This document shows positions 27,614 through 36,773 of a stretch of 64,000 bases of DNA, piece by piece. The DNA is from Clostridia bacterium. GTDB lineage: Bacteria; Bacillota; Clostridia; Christensenellales; CAG-917. Numbering within the stretch: the stretch's first letter is position 1; the number at the start of each line of letters is the position of its first letter. Where the stretch lies: positions 1,993 to 65,992 of the forward strand of contig JAQUST010000006.1 in NCBI GenBank assembly GCA_028710495.1. The letters are read 5' to 3'. Made by a program: the position numbers and the translations under genes. A model generated the notes under the pieces. It had not been told where the DNA came from, made no database searches, and saw nothing but the letters and a program-made list of their open reading frames with translations.

Positions 27614-28414
27614 ATGACAAAAACTACAGCGCACAATATTAAGGATGTTGACCTTTTCTTGTTTGACCTTGACGGAACAGTCTATATTGGCGACAGAGAA
27701 ATTGAAGGTTCGTTTTCAACAGTCAACGAACTTCGAAAAATGGGCAAGCGTATTTGTTTTTTTACGAACAATTCTTCACGCATGCACACTGATTATATTG
27801 CGCGTCTAAATAATATTGGGCTTCGTGTTTATTCGGATGAAATCTACACAAGTGGACAGGTTACATGTGAGTATATTTTAGACCATTACCGTGGATGCAA
27901 AGTATATTTGCTCGGGAATGCTCGTTTGCGCGCGGAATTTGCGCTATATGGCATTGAGGTTGTTGACGATGACCCAGATATTTGCGTGATTGGCTTTGAT
28001 ACATCTTTGACCTATGACAGACTTTATCAATTCTGCAAATTTGTGAAGAAGGGACTTCCCTATATTGCTACTCACCCTGACTTCAACTGCCCGGCCGATG
28101 AATGTCCTATGCCTGATGTAGGAGCTATGATAGAAGCAATCAGATTGACAACCGACCGCACACCGGATTTTATTATGGGCAAACCTCACACAATCGCAGG
28201 CGAGCGAATTTCAAAGAAATATAATCTTCCGCACAAAAAAATTGCCATGATTGGAGACAGACTTTACACAGATATCGCATTCGGAAAGAATTGCGGATTT
28301 GTTTCCATTTTGGTGCTTTCGGGAGAAACTACAGCGGAAATGGCAGAAGAATCCAAAGTGAAACCTGACTACACTTTGAATTCAGTCAAAGATATTTTGG
28401 GATTGCTAAAATAA
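27614..28414 (+). CDS. HAD-IIA family phosphatase (NagD/AraL-like)
   Basis: The motifs are LFDLDGTVY, FFTNNSS, GKP and MIGDRLYTDIAFG. Confidence 0.85.
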   Translation: MTKTTAHNIKDVDLFLFDLDGTVYIGDREIEGSFSTVNELRKMGKRICFFTNNSSRMHTDYIARLNNIGLRVYSDEIYTSGQVTCEYILDHYRGCKVYLLGNARLRAEFALYGIEVVDDDPDICVIGFDTSLTYDRLYQFCKFVKKGLPYIATHPDFNCPADECPMPDVGAMIEAIRLTTDRTPDFIMGKPHTIAGERISKKYNLPHKKIAMIGDRLYTDIAFGKNCGFVSILVLSGETTAEMAEESKVKPDYTLNSVKDILGLLK

Positions 28415-28437
28415 TATGATTAAATGTCCGAATTTGA

Positions 28438-28465
28438 ATTGAATGAAAATACTCATTCAATTTTT
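28438..28465 (+). terminator. Rho-independent terminator of the HAD gene
   Basis: attgaatga-aaatac-tcattcaat followed by tttt. Confidence 0.7.
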
Positions 28466-28588
28466 ATTTATAAAAATAATTAGCTAACTATTTTTATTCG
28501 GATACTATGAATTTTCTAAATATATTTGGAATCAATGAATTTTCAAAAGATAGCATTGAAATAGTTAATACACTAAGGAAGTATAAAT

Positions 28589-30199
28589 ATGTCTAATATG
28601 AGCACGCTGATTTCTGCAACAGGGGTATGGCAATACATCATTTTTGCACTGTATATGGCCATTATGATAACGGTTGCATTGGTATGCAGAAAAAAGAGTA
28701 AAAGTGTCAACGAATTTTTGTTTGCAAACAAAGGTGTTGGCGGTTGGCTGACAGCGTTTGCTTATGGCGCTACATATTTTTCCGCAGTTATTTTTGTGGG
28801 CTATGCAGGCAAATTCGGTTGGAATTTTGGACTGGCGGCGGTTTGGATTGGAATTGGGAATGCGATTTTTGGTACATTTGTAGCGTGGAAAGTTCTTGCA
28901 AAACGCACAAAGCATATGACAAATACGCTCAATGCGCGCACGATGCCAGACTTTTTTGAAAAGCGTTACAAAAGCAAACATTTGAAGCTTGTTGCTTCAC
29001 TAGTTATATTTGTTTTTCTTTTACCATATTCATCTTCAGTTTATCAAGGTCTTGGGAATATTTTTGAAGCTGTCATAGGTTTGAATACGACCTGGTGCAT
29101 TCTCATTTTGGCTGTCATTACAGCGCTTTATCTTTTCATGGGTGGTTATTTTGCAACTTCAGTATCTGATTTTATTCAAGGTATCATAATGATAGTTGGT
29201 GTTGTCGTGATGGTCTTTATGTTTATTTCAGGCGACAAAGTAAACTGGAGTGAGGGTTTTAGCACGTTGACACAGAACGGTTTGGGAATAATCCCGTCAA
29301 CGGCTATACCTGCGGGGAAATCGTTTATAGATAGTTCAGCATTTAATATTGTCATTATGGTGTTGTTGACTTCTTTTGGAATTTGGGCTTTGCCGCAATC
29401 AGTTCACAAATTTTACGCAATAAAAGACGACGCGTCAATAAAGCGCGGAACAATAATTTCCACCTTGTTTGCGCTTATTGTTGGCGGAGGCGCATATCTT
29501 ATGGGCAGTTTGGTCACTCTTTTCGTGGACAACGACACTTTTATAAATATACTTGGCGGAAAAACTGACAGGCTAGTGCCGATGATGATAACTCAAAATT
29601 TGCCTGAAGCACTGTTAGGGCTTATTGTGGTGCTTTTGTTTTCTGCAAGTATGTCAACTCTGGCTGCTCTTTCACTTTCTTCTTCAGCAACTGTTTCTAT
29701 TGATTTTGTCAAAGGTTATGTCAAAAGAGATATGCCCGAAAAAAATACGAATATATTGCTCAGAGTTTTGTGCCTTGTGTTTGTTGGAATTTCGGCTGTT
29801 CTTGCAATTTTGCAGATTGATGCAATCGTAACTATGATGAGCTTAAGCTGGGGTTTACTGGCAGGTTGTTTTATGGGACCATATGTGTTGGGGTTATATT
29901 CAAAAAAATTGAATAAATTCGGCGCGTATGCTTCCATTATATCTACTTTTATTATTACAATATCAATGATTGTAGGATTGGGCATTTGGCAAACGGGTGG
30001 TGGTTCATTCGTGGCGGTATTAAAAGCGGGTATCAGCAGAAGTCCTCTAATTGGCGTTGTGTCTATGATTATGTCTTTGATTGTCACTCCGGTTTTCAGT
30101 TATATTTTCAAAGATAAAAATATTAGCGAAGGATTTTTAAGTACAATTTTTGCAGGTAAAATTGACAAACAGATACAAGAGAAACAAAAGAATCGATAA
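28589..30199 (+). CDS. Sodium:solute symporter (SSF) family transporter
   Basis: 536-aa multi-pass protein. The N-terminal SSF pattern is FLFANKGVGGWLTAFAYGATYFSAVIFVGYAGKFGWNFGL. The substrate cannot be inferred. Confidence 0.8.
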   Translation: MSNMSTLISATGVWQYIIFALYMAIMITVALVCRKKSKSVNEFLFANKGVGGWLTAFAYGATYFSAVIFVGYAGKFGWNFGLAAVWIGIGNAIFGTFVAWKVLAKRTKHMTNTLNARTMPDFFEKRYKSKHLKLVASLVIFVFLLPYSSSVYQGLGNIFEAVIGLNTTWCILILAVITALYLFMGGYFATSVSDFIQGIIMIVGVVVMVFMFISGDKVNWSEGFSTLTQNGLGIIPSTAIPAGKSFIDSSAFNIVIMVLLTSFGIWALPQSVHKFYAIKDDASIKRGTIISTLFALIVGGGAYLMGSLVTLFVDNDTFINILGGKTDRLVPMMITQNLPEALLGLIVVLLFSASMSTLAALSLSSSATVSIDFVKGYVKRDMPEKNTNILLRVLCLVFVGISAVLAILQIDAIVTMMSLSWGLLAGCFMGPYVLGLYSKKLNKFGAYASIISTFIITISMIVGLGIWQTGGGSFVAVLKAGISRSPLIGVVSMIMSLIVTPVFSYIFKDKNISEGFLSTIFAGKIDKQIQEKQKNR

Positions 30200-30413
30200 A
30201 AAAAATTTAATAATAATATGAAAAGGAAATTAATAAATTTCTCTTTGGGTTTTTTACCAAAGAAATAAAAGAGTTGAAAATATTTTGAAAAGATAAATAA
30301 GCAACTAATTAAACAAGTATCGTTAGAATGCGGAACCGCAAATAAAATCAAAATCGCGGCAGTAGTAAAAAATCAAAGAAAATAAAGAAAGCAAACATAG
30401 ATGAAAAACTAAG

Positions 30414-30436
30414 CCGTTCCGAAGGGGCGGTTTTTT
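30414..30436 (+). terminator. Rho-independent terminator of the SSF gene
   Basis: ccgttcc-gaa-ggggcgg (two G:U pairs) followed by tttttt. It lies 215 nt after the stop codon. Confidence 0.65.
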
Positions 30437-30512
30437 CGTGTAATTATTTTTCAAACAATATGTATAAAAATTATTTTCGCGTCAATAATTCTTGCAAACG
30501 GAGGATTGAAAA

Positions 30513-31196
30513 ATGGCAAACTTCAAACAAGCAACAAGAAAAGTAGGAAAATTTCTTAAAAAGAACGGTTATATTTTTTTAATCGTTATTTGTATCGCAG
30601 CAATAGGCACAATCATTGGCGTAACAGTCTACAAAAATAATCAGATAAGTGATCCTATCACCCAGCTCGACCCGCCTGCAGACGTACCTGTGATTGATGA
30701 CACTCCAACAAATCCAGACCCTGATGTTCCATCTTCAGACGATGATGACATCCCGCCAGTACCTGTTGATGTGCCAATCAGTTTTGTTGCACCAGTAAAT
30801 GGGACAGTGCAGACAGACTACTCAACAACAACTTTATGCTGGAATCAAACTTTGGGACAGTATTCAACACATGAGGCAGTAGACTTTGTTTCCACTTCAG
30901 ATCAAAATGTTTATGCGGTGTGTGACGGAGTTGTGAGTGAAGTTGTAAGTGGCGATCCGCTTTTGGGAAACTATGCAATAATAACTCACGAAGACGGTTA
31001 TGTGTCAAGATACTACTCGCTTGGCGATACAATGCAAGTTATCGCAGGTCAAACTGTAGTGAAAGGCGATGTGATCGGAGTTATGTCAAATTCGATGCAA
31101 AAAGAATTTCTTGACGGCGTGCATTTGCACTTTGAAATGTCGAAAGATAATGTTGACATCGACCCGCTTTCAGTGCTTGTGCTAAATGAAAAATAA
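30513..31196 (+). CDS. M23 family metallopeptidase with N-terminal membrane anchor
   Basis: The TM is YIFLIVICIAAIGTIIGV, followed by a Pro/Asp-rich linker and the M23 motifs HEAVDF and GVHLHFEM. GGAGG precedes the gene. Confidence 0.85.
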   Translation: MANFKQATRKVGKFLKKNGYIFLIVICIAAIGTIIGVTVYKNNQISDPITQLDPPADVPVIDDTPTNPDPDVPSSDDDDIPPVPVDVPISFVAPVNGTVQTDYSTTTLCWNQTLGQYSTHEAVDFVSTSDQNVYAVCDGVVSEVVSGDPLLGNYAIITHEDGYVSRYYSLGDTMQVIAGQTVVKGDVIGVMSNSMQKEFLDGVHLHFEMSKDNVDIDPLSVLVLNEK

Positions 31197-31310
31197 AGAT
31201 AGATAGAAACTATATTGTATGTGTTCGTGCTTTATTTGAAAATGCAAGTAAAGCAAAGGACAACCAAATTGTCATCAACAAACGATGAAAATAATCTCCC
31301 CTTGGCAGGG

Positions 31311-31345
31311 CACCTGTGGAAATCCGCGGGTGTTTTGCTTTTTTC
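31311..31345 (+). terminator. Rho-independent terminator of the M23 gene
   Basis: cacctgtgg-aaat-ccgcgggtg (9 bp including G:U pairs) followed by ttttgctttttt. Confidence 0.7.
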
Positions 31346-31374
31346 AATTGTTTGCTAAATTTGGAACAACGCTA

Positions 31375-31403
31375 TTGACTATAAATTATCAATACAATAT
31401 AAT
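31375..31403 (+). promoter_or_regulatory. Sigma-A-type promoter of the seven-gene acyl-ligase/glycerol-P/AGPS-like operon
   Basis: TTGACT (31375-31380), 17-nt spacer, TATAAT (31398-31403). Confidence 0.6.
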
Positions 31404-31467
31404 ATATATAATAATAAAGTAAATAACAAGATAAAGCGCAATAAAGCGCAAAGATTAAAGGAAAAAA

Positions 31468-33012
31468 ATGAAAAAAGATATCAATACCACGATGTATGAT
31501 TTTGTACTCAATTCAGCTGAACACACGAGAGGTGATGCATTAGCTTTCGGGAACAAAAGAATTTCATTTGTAGAATTCACAAAAGAGGTCGACAATGTTG
31601 CAGGACGATTGACGGCAAGCGGAATTGGCAAAGGAGATTGCATAGCGATTTGCCTGCCAAATATCCCTCAATCGGTTATAGCTTTCTATGCGTGCTCCAA
31701 AATTGGCGCAATAGCGAGTATGGTACATCCGAAAACTAGTCCGAATGAGTTTGAAAAGCAACTTAAAACAACAAGACCTAAACTTGCTTTGTTGACAGAA
31801 ATAAATTATTTTGCGTACAAACCTTTGCTTGAAGGAGTGAAGATAGTATTTTGTTCTTTAATCACCGGGAAGGGTTTTATCGGTATGAAAAAAGCAGTGG
31901 AATATACCTCGGTTGAAAGTGATGGCAGTAACACCGCAGTTTATATGCACTCAGGCGGAACAACTGGGGCTTCAAAAACGGTGGTTTTGTCACACCGAAG
32001 TTTCAATGCACTTGTTTTAAACTTGCTTGAATCTATGCAATATCCTTTTGATGAACATGACACAATGTTGGCAATTCTTCCATTGTTTCACGGATTTGGA
32101 CTTTCTGTCGGTGTACACATGTCACTTTGCTCAAGAATGGCAGCAGCACTTGTCCCTGTGTTTAAGCCCAAAAAAGTTGTTTCGTTTATGAACAAACAAA
32201 AAATAAATGTTTTGAGTGTGATTCCAAGAATGATGCAAAAAATTTTGGAAGAGCCATCATTTAGTGGTGAAGTGGTCAAAAGGATTCGAAAGCTGTATGT
32301 TGGCGGCGACAATTTGAATGAAAAACTGCGCGTTGCTTTCAACACAAAATTAAAAGATGAGGGCTCAAAATGCGTAGTTCAGCAAGGCTATGGTTTGACC
32401 GAAATGGGTAGTGTTTGCGTTTTGAATTTTGCAGAACAAAGACCAGATTCAATAGGGCAAGCATTGTTGAATGTGGACGCAAAAGTGGTTGGCGAAGATA
32501 TGTCTGAGATGCCTTGCGGGAAAGCGGGCGAGCTTTTGTTCAAATCTGAACAAATGATGGATGGATATTTAGCAGATGAAGAAACAACGAAACAATCCTT
32601 TGTTGAAATTGATGGCGAAAAATGGTTGAAAACAGGCGATATAGTTTCAATGGACAAAGACGAATATATTTATTTCTTAGATAGAAAGAAAAGACTTATC
32701 AAAATTTCAGGGATGAATGTTTTTCCTCTCGAAATCGAGCAAAGCGCCAAAAAGCTAGAAGAAGTTTTGAATTGTGTGGCAACGCAAAAAAATATTGAAG
32801 GCAAACCGTTCATTTGTCTTTATGTTGTGCTTAAGGAAGGTTTGGAATTGGATGAGAAATTGAAAAACAAATTTTCTGATTATTTTGAAAAGACCTTATC
32901 TCATTGGAGCGTTCCAAAATATTTTGAGGCTGTTAGTGAACTTCCACACACAAATTTCGGCAAAGTTGATTTCAAGGAAATTGAGAAACTTTGCAACGGT
33001 GATAATAAATAA
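31468..33012 (+). CDS. AMP-forming acyl-CoA/acyl-AMP ligase (ANL superfamily)
   Basis: The motifs are YMHSGGTTGASKTVVLSH, QGYGLTEMG and TGDIVSMDKDEYIYFLDRKKRLIKISGMNVFPLEIE. Confidence 0.88.
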   Translation: MKKDINTTMYDFVLNSAEHTRGDALAFGNKRISFVEFTKEVDNVAGRLTASGIGKGDCIAICLPNIPQSVIAFYACSKIGAIASMVHPKTSPNEFEKQLKTTRPKLALLTEINYFAYKPLLEGVKIVFCSLITGKGFIGMKKAVEYTSVESDGSNTAVYMHSGGTTGASKTVVLSHRSFNALVLNLLESMQYPFDEHDTMLAILPLFHGFGLSVGVHMSLCSRMAAALVPVFKPKKVVSFMNKQKINVLSVIPRMMQKILEEPSFSGEVVKRIRKLYVGGDNLNEKLRVAFNTKLKDEGSKCVVQQGYGLTEMGSVCVLNFAEQRPDSIGQALLNVDAKVVGEDMSEMPCGKAGELLFKSEQMMDGYLADEETTKQSFVEIDGEKWLKTGDIVSMDKDEYIYFLDRKKRLIKISGMNVFPLEIEQSAKKLEEVLNCVATQKNIEGKPFICLYVVLKEGLELDEKLKNKFSDYFEKTLSHWSVPKYFEAVSELPHTNFGKVDFKEIEKLCNGDNK

Positions 33013-33106
33013 TATATATGGAGATTTTTGTCTAAAAGTGTTATAAATTTGAATACGAATTCTTTGTGAAAGTAAATGGAAATACTCAGTAAAAGGGAAG
33101 ATAACT

Positions 33107-35167
33107 ATGAGTTTTACAAAGGTTAAGAAAAAAATTGAGAGGCTTTACCCGTCGATTGCAGTTTCGTTTGAGCGCAGTTGTATTGTGCTAAGAGGCGAAC
33201 TGGATGAATGGGAAGATATCTATACTGCCGGGACGCTTGCTGTTGATAGCGACAGTCTCGGGGTCATTAATGATATCAAATTGAAAGGCTTCTCTGAAGA
33301 TATTAAATTGCCACTTGAAAGAGACAGTTCGCTTGAAGGCGGAAAGCCTGATGTGCTTATTGTCGGCGGTGGTATTGTTGGCTCTGCAGTTGCACGAGAA
33401 TTATCAAAGCTTAAACTAAATATTTGGCTCGTTGAAAAATCGGGCGACGTCGCAGTTCACACTTCATCAAGAAATGACGGGTGTGTTCACGTTGGCATAG
33501 ATTTGCATAAGGGTATGCAAAAGCTTAATTATTGTTTGGCAGGAAACAAAATGTATGATGAGCTATGCCGTGACTTGAATGTTAAATTTGAAAGGACAGC
33601 TCAAATTATAATTTATTCAAAAAATTGGGAACGGTTTTTGCTTGGTCCTATGATGAAAATTCAAGCTAAAATGCTTGGTGTGTGGGGGCTTAAATCGCTT
33701 TCAAAAAAAGAACTTGGCGATGTCGAACCTAGTCCGCCGAAATGGACAAAAGGTGCAATGTATTTCTCATCAGGAGGAGTTGTTTCACCTTACAAAATGA
33801 CTATTGCACTTGCTGAAAATGCGGCAGAAAACGGTGTGAAGTTTTATTTCAACACAGTAGTCGAGTGTATGGAGCTGTCCGAAAACGGTGAACAAATTGT
33901 ATCTGTCAAAACAAATCGGGGAACAATTCATCCTAGACTTGTTGTGAATTGTGCGGGAGTATTCGCTGATACTATTGCAGATATGGCAGGAGACAGAACT
34001 TTCACTATACATCCGAGAAAAGGTACGAATCTCATTCTTGACAAAAAGAAATTTTATTACGCAAAGGCGTCTATTGCTAGAAGTCCTTTTTCTAAAGCAC
34101 CTGTTCAATATCGTGAAACCAACGCATCGAAAACAGGACATACAAAGGGTGGGGGGTTAGTTCGTACGATTGATGGCAATATTCTAGTTGGACCAAATGC
34201 TATTGAACAGCCGTATCGCGAAGACTACACCACAAATATTGAAGAAATCGAAAGCCTATTGAAAAAACACAGTCTTGTTGCCGAATCTCTTTGCAAGAGC
34301 GATATCATTACATATTTTGCAGGTATTCGCGCCTCGACTTATGAAGAAGACTTTGTTGTAAGGAAAGGAATTTTTACAAAAAATATAATTGAAGCTGCCG
34401 GCATTCAATCTCCTGGTATCACCGCTGCGCCAGCAATAGCAATTGATATACGCAAATGGACAGAGGAGACACTCAAAGCGGAGGGCAACGGCAATTTTAA
34501 TCCCATCCGCAAAGGGATACCGCATCTTGCAGTTATGCATGATGAGGAAAGAGATATACTCATAAAACAAAATCCGAATTATGGCGAAATAGTATGCCGT
34601 TGTGAAGAAGTTTCAAAAGGCGAAATTGTGGATGCAATAAAAAACCCGTTGGGAGTTTGTTCGCTCGATGCAATAAAGCGTCGTGTTCGTCCTGGAATGG
34701 GAAGATGCCAAGGTGGTTTTTGCTCGCCATTGATTGTCAAAATTATTGCAGAAGAAAAAAGAATATCGCCTGAGCAAGTGCAAAAAGGCGAGGAGCGTAG
34801 CGAATTGCTTTTTGGCGACACAAAGAAACCAGAAAAAAAGCAAGTTAAGGCTGAAAGTGTTAAACGCTTAATGAACGAAAATGTAAATGGCAAGAACACT
34901 AATGATAAAGATATAAATGGCGAGAAAGCTAATAATGAAGATATAAATGGCAAGAAAACAAATATAGAAGATATGAAAATTGAAAAAAGCGAAGATTGTG
35001 TGTCTGAAAAAAAGAATGATAAAACGAATAACGGAGATATAAAGAAAGAAGTAAAAAAATTCAGCACTAAAAAATTAGAAAAACAAGTTGCAGCAACTCA
35101 AGATTTACATACTGAAAAGACTTCGGAGTCAGAAGCAAAGCCTGAAAATGGAGGTGCGCGCAAATGA
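33107..35167 (+). CDS. FAD-dependent glycerol-3-phosphate dehydrogenase-type oxidoreductase with a BFD-like [2Fe-2S] domain and N- and C-terminal extensions
   Basis: The dinucleotide fold motif is VLIVGGGIVGSAVARE, and SSRNDGCVH is present. The BFD-like motif is IVCRCEEVSKGEI...GMGRCQGGFC. An N-terminal extension of about 80 aa precedes these, and a K/E/N-rich tail of about 130 aa follows. Confidence 0.75.
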   Translation: MSFTKVKKKIERLYPSIAVSFERSCIVLRGELDEWEDIYTAGTLAVDSDSLGVINDIKLKGFSEDIKLPLERDSSLEGGKPDVLIVGGGIVGSAVARELSKLKLNIWLVEKSGDVAVHTSSRNDGCVHVGIDLHKGMQKLNYCLAGNKMYDELCRDLNVKFERTAQIIIYSKNWERFLLGPMMKIQAKMLGVWGLKSLSKKELGDVEPSPPKWTKGAMYFSSGGVVSPYKMTIALAENAAENGVKFYFNTVVECMELSENGEQIVSVKTNRGTIHPRLVVNCAGVFADTIADMAGDRTFTIHPRKGTNLILDKKKFYYAKASIARSPFSKAPVQYRETNASKTGHTKGGGLVRTIDGNILVGPNAIEQPYREDYTTNIEEIESLLKKHSLVAESLCKSDIITYFAGIRASTYEEDFVVRKGIFTKNIIEAAGIQSPGITAAPAIAIDIRKWTEETLKAEGNGNFNPIRKGIPHLAVMHDEERDILIKQNPNYGEIVCRCEEVSKGEIVDAIKNPLGVCSLDAIKRRVRPGMGRCQGGFCSPLIVKIIAEEKRISPEQVQKGEERSELLFGDTKKPEKKQVKAESVKRLMNENVNGKNTNDKDINGEKANNEDINGKKTNIEDMKIEKSEDCVSEKKNDKTNNGDIKKEVKKFSTKKLEKQVAATQDLHTEKTSESEAKPENGGARK
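34880..34969 (+). repeat. In-frame 30-nt (10-aa) coding tandem repeat in the C-terminal tail
   Basis: Units at 34880-34909, 34910-34939 and 34940-34969 encode NVNGKNTNDK, DINGEKANNE and DINGKKTNIE. A decayed fourth unit follows. Confidence 0.85.
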
Positions 35168-36423
35168 GCAGAATTTTTGATGTAGCTGTCATTGGCGGAG
35201 GACCTGCAGGCCTTGCGGCAGCTGTTTCCGCTTCAGAGAATGGGGCAAGTGTTGCGCTCATCGAAAGAGAGAGCAGACTTGGCGGGATTTTGAAGCAATG
35301 TGTTCACGACGGTTTCGGACTTATACGTTTTGGTCAAAAACTCGCAGGACCTGAATATGCAGAGAGATATATCGAATTACTTAAAAATACAAAAACGGAA
35401 GTTTTTCTCACTACATTTGTAACAGCGGTCAAGAAAGCAGATTTTGGATTTTCAATAGCGATTGTCAACAAAGAGGGCATATCCCACATTGATACAAAGA
35501 CTATTGTGCTTGCAACAGGTTGTCGTGAAAGAACTTCAAAGCAAGTGCTAATTCAAGGAACAAGACCGTCTGGAGTTTTTACCGCAGGTGTTGCTCAAAA
35601 CTTCGTGAATTTGTTGGGAAAAATGCCAACCAAAAAGTGCGTAATTTTGGGTAGCGGCGATATCGGACTTATTATGGCGCGTAGATTGACGCTGGAAGGA
35701 GCGGAAGTTGAGGGAGTTTATGAGGTAAAACCCACGCCAAGCGGGCTAACACGAAATATTCATCAATGTCTATTTGATTTTAACATTCCGCTTCATCTTT
35801 CAACAACAGTCACACGGGTGTTTGGAGAAGACAGATTGAATACGGTTGAGGTCGCACAGGTTGATGAAAAGATGAAAGTTGTTGAGGGGACAGAGCGCAT
35901 TATTGAGTGCGATGCACTAATATTGTCTGTTGGGCTTATTCCCGAAAACGAAATTGCAGAAACACTTGATGTGAAGATAAACAACGCTACAAAAGGCGCG
36001 GAATGTGACCAGACATATATGACTAGCGTTGATGGGATTTTCTCAGCGGGAAATGCACTCAATGTTTTTGACCTTGTTGATTATGTATCTGAAAGCGCCC
36101 AAAGTGCAGGGGCGAGTGCGGCGGATTATCAAGGCACGAAACGCGAATATATTGAGATAGAAAGAGGTAAGGGGCTGTTGTCATTTGTGCCGACCAGACT
36201 TGATATTTTGGGCAAGCTTGATAAGGTGATACTTTTTTTCAGAGCTGCAAGAGATATGGACAAAGCCAAGTTGATTTTGAAAATAAATGGAGAAATAAAG
36301 CTGGAAAAAAAGTTTAGTTACTTGCGTCCGCCAGAAATGCAAAGACTTGAACTCGATTTGCAAAATTATGGACTTGATGGAAGCTCAAAAGTGTTATTGA
36401 CATTGGAGGAAGGATGGAACTAA
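35164..36423 (+). CDS. NAD(P)/FAD-dependent (pyridine nucleotide-disulfide type) oxidoreductase, second subunit of the clostridial G3P dehydrogenase set
   Basis: Two Rossmann motifs are present (VAVIGGGPAGLAAA and CVILGSGDIGLIMA). The start overlaps the upstream stop (ATGA). Confidence 0.75.
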   Translation: MSRIFDVAVIGGGPAGLAAAVSASENGASVALIERESRLGGILKQCVHDGFGLIRFGQKLAGPEYAERYIELLKNTKTEVFLTTFVTAVKKADFGFSIAIVNKEGISHIDTKTIVLATGCRERTSKQVLIQGTRPSGVFTAGVAQNFVNLLGKMPTKKCVILGSGDIGLIMARRLTLEGAEVEGVYEVKPTPSGLTRNIHQCLFDFNIPLHLSTTVTRVFGEDRLNTVEVAQVDEKMKVVEGTERIIECDALILSVGLIPENEIAETLDVKINNATKGAECDQTYMTSVDGIFSAGNALNVFDLVDYVSESAQSAGASAADYQGTKREYIEIERGKGLLSFVPTRLDILGKLDKVILFFRAARDMDKAKLILKINGEIKLEKKFSYLRPPEMQRLELDLQNYGLDGSSKVLLTLEEGWN

Positions 36424-36773
36424 TTTGCATTGTATGTCCAAAGAGTTGTCATCTGACTGTTGATGGCGACAAGGTGAGTGGAAACGGTTGTAAACGCGGA
36501 GAACTTTTTGCAAAAGAAGAAGCTATTGCGCCAAAGCGCTCTGTGACAACGACAGTAGCTACAGCTTTTTGTGATTTTCCTGTATTGCCAGTGAAAACAG
36601 AGAGCGATATTCCAAAAGCAAAAATAGAAGAACTTATGCAATTTGTGCGTGGATTATATGTGACCAAAAAGCTAAAGTGTGGAGATGTTGTCGCGGAAAA
36701 TATTTTGGGACTTGGCATAAATCTTGTTGCGACTGAAAGCGTTTTTACACAAAAGCAGGAGGTATCAGAATGA
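36414..36773 (+). CDS. DUF1667 domain protein
   Basis: The Cys motif is CIVCPKSCHL...GNGCKRG. The protein is 119 aa and overlaps the upstream gene by 10 nt. This is the usual third member of the FAD-oxidoreductase trio. Confidence 0.75.
   Translation: MELICIVCPKSCHLTVDGDKVSGNGCKRGELFAKEEAIAPKRSVTTTVATAFCDFPVLPVKTESDIPKAKIEELMQFVRGLYVTKKLKCGDVVAENILGLGINLVATESVFTQKQEVSE

Noticed and set aside
34579-35067. 162-aa minus-strand ORF, and other long antisense ORFs (for example 9140-9553, 29716-30087, 52833-53261, 44229-44627)
   Set aside because: All lie fully inside strongly supported genes on the opposite strand. They have low-complexity or serine/phenylalanine-rich translations typical of antisense frames, and lack SDs.
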